This document shows, in pieces, positions 63,230 through 64,000 of a stretch of DNA of 64,000 bases. Source of the DNA: Fimbriosthenelais zetlandica (lineage: Eukaryota); the NCBI GenBank assembly GCA_977030845.1, contig OZ365112.1, positions 2,728,001 through 2,792,000 of the forward strand, written 5' to 3'. Both the position numbers and the translations under genes were made by a program. The first letter of the stretch is position 1; each line of letters opens with the position of its first letter. The notes below the pieces were generated by a model. It had not been told where the DNA came from. It did no database searches and was given only the letters and a program-made list of their open reading frames with translations.

Positions 63230-64000
63230 CAATGAGGAAACAGGGATGTGTAATTTATAGCCGAGCTCCTCACTGCTCATTATTTTTCTCGAGGTTCTCC
63301 GTGAGTTAGAGACCATTCTGAGATCACTCTTCATAAATCCAACAGTCCCTTTCAAGTTTACCATGCATCCAACAGTCCCTTTCAAGTTTACCATGCATCC
63401 AACAGTCCCTTTCAAGTTTACCATGCATCCAACAGTCCCTTTCAAGTTTACCATGCATCCAACAGTCCCTTTCAAGTTTACCATCTTCTACCTTGTTGTA
63501 GTGATATTTTCACTAAAAGATAAACCAAACAGGGTCTTGAATTCCCCAGAAATGTTGCTCCTAAAGATTAATTTAATATTAGGGGTTTTATTAGGGATCT
63601 CCATGCGAGTCAGGTTCCCCTTGTAGAGGTAAATTTGGCTCCAATCTTTTGTATCACAAGCCTTACTCTCCATACTCCCCTTCCCCTTTAACAAATAAAA
63701 TCCTGGATCCTTTCAAATTTACCGTATGGTATGATCTCTGAAAGACGCCATGCAGGACTTGACCAAACCTCAGGAATGTAGTTGCCAATTTAGCCACTAG
63801 AAGCTCAAAAATAGTCCCTCACACCAATGTTGTGGTCCTCCCAGGTGCTTGGATGTGTCTTTTTCTAATCTGTCACAATCGGGTTGCTTATTGGGCACCC
63901 AGATCATATAAAGGTTGTCCTGGTTAATTTCGTAGTTTCTATAAAGTTAAACACGAATATGAAGGCTTGATTCTCAAGATATGGCGTCTCTGGGAGTTGG
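63230..64000 (-). pseudogene. Decayed LINE (CR1/L2/Jockey-group-like) reverse transcriptase, running off the window end
   Basis: One minus frame with stops gives, in the correct order: GGPQHWCEGLFLSF*WLN (resembling GVPQGSVLGPLLFLIYIN), KSCMASFRDHTI (RLFADDT), FKTLFGLSFSENI (KYLGVTIS), and KGTVGFMKSDLR (KANRTLGFLKRNL). Confidence 0.6.
63337..63484. repeat. 30-bp perfect tandem repeat, ~5 copies, inside the LINE relic
   Basis: ATCCAACAGTCCCTTTCAAGTTTACCATGC repeated; reads MVNLKGTVGC on the minus strand. Confidence 0.97.

Overview
Repeat-rich eukaryotic genomic DNA, probably a lophotrochozoan. A mollusc is suggested by a SINE core that resembles, from memory, the Meta/MESC-type domain. No intact protein-coding gene, rRNA, true tRNA or CRISPR array is supportable. 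Nearly all ORFs in the supplied track are artefacts of minisatellites or of purine/pyrimidine low-complexity tracts. The window looks intronic or intergenic. It contains: (i) many ~200-bp MITEs with WGCCNGG termini and TAA/TTA target duplications (PIF/Harbinger-like, three families, two of which share an internal core); (ii) tRNA-derived SINEs; (iii) decayed Gypsy integrase and LINE reverse-transcriptase relics; (iv) several minisatellites; (v) one 160-N gap. The most interesting signals are two + strand polypyrimidine-CAG|GTAAG junctions (26567/8 and 54348/9). Each is followed 44 or 51 nt later by a second GTAAGT donor, which is the architecture of recursive splice sites with RS-exons in a giant intron. 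Other highlights: a 38-bp minisatellite made of the Pol III A-box head of the local SINE, a 16-bp-period array of five perfect CArG boxes, an RFX X-box cluster, and a dense promoter-like motif cluster at ~56.8 kb. All protein-family assignments come from by-eye motif comparison, with no database search.
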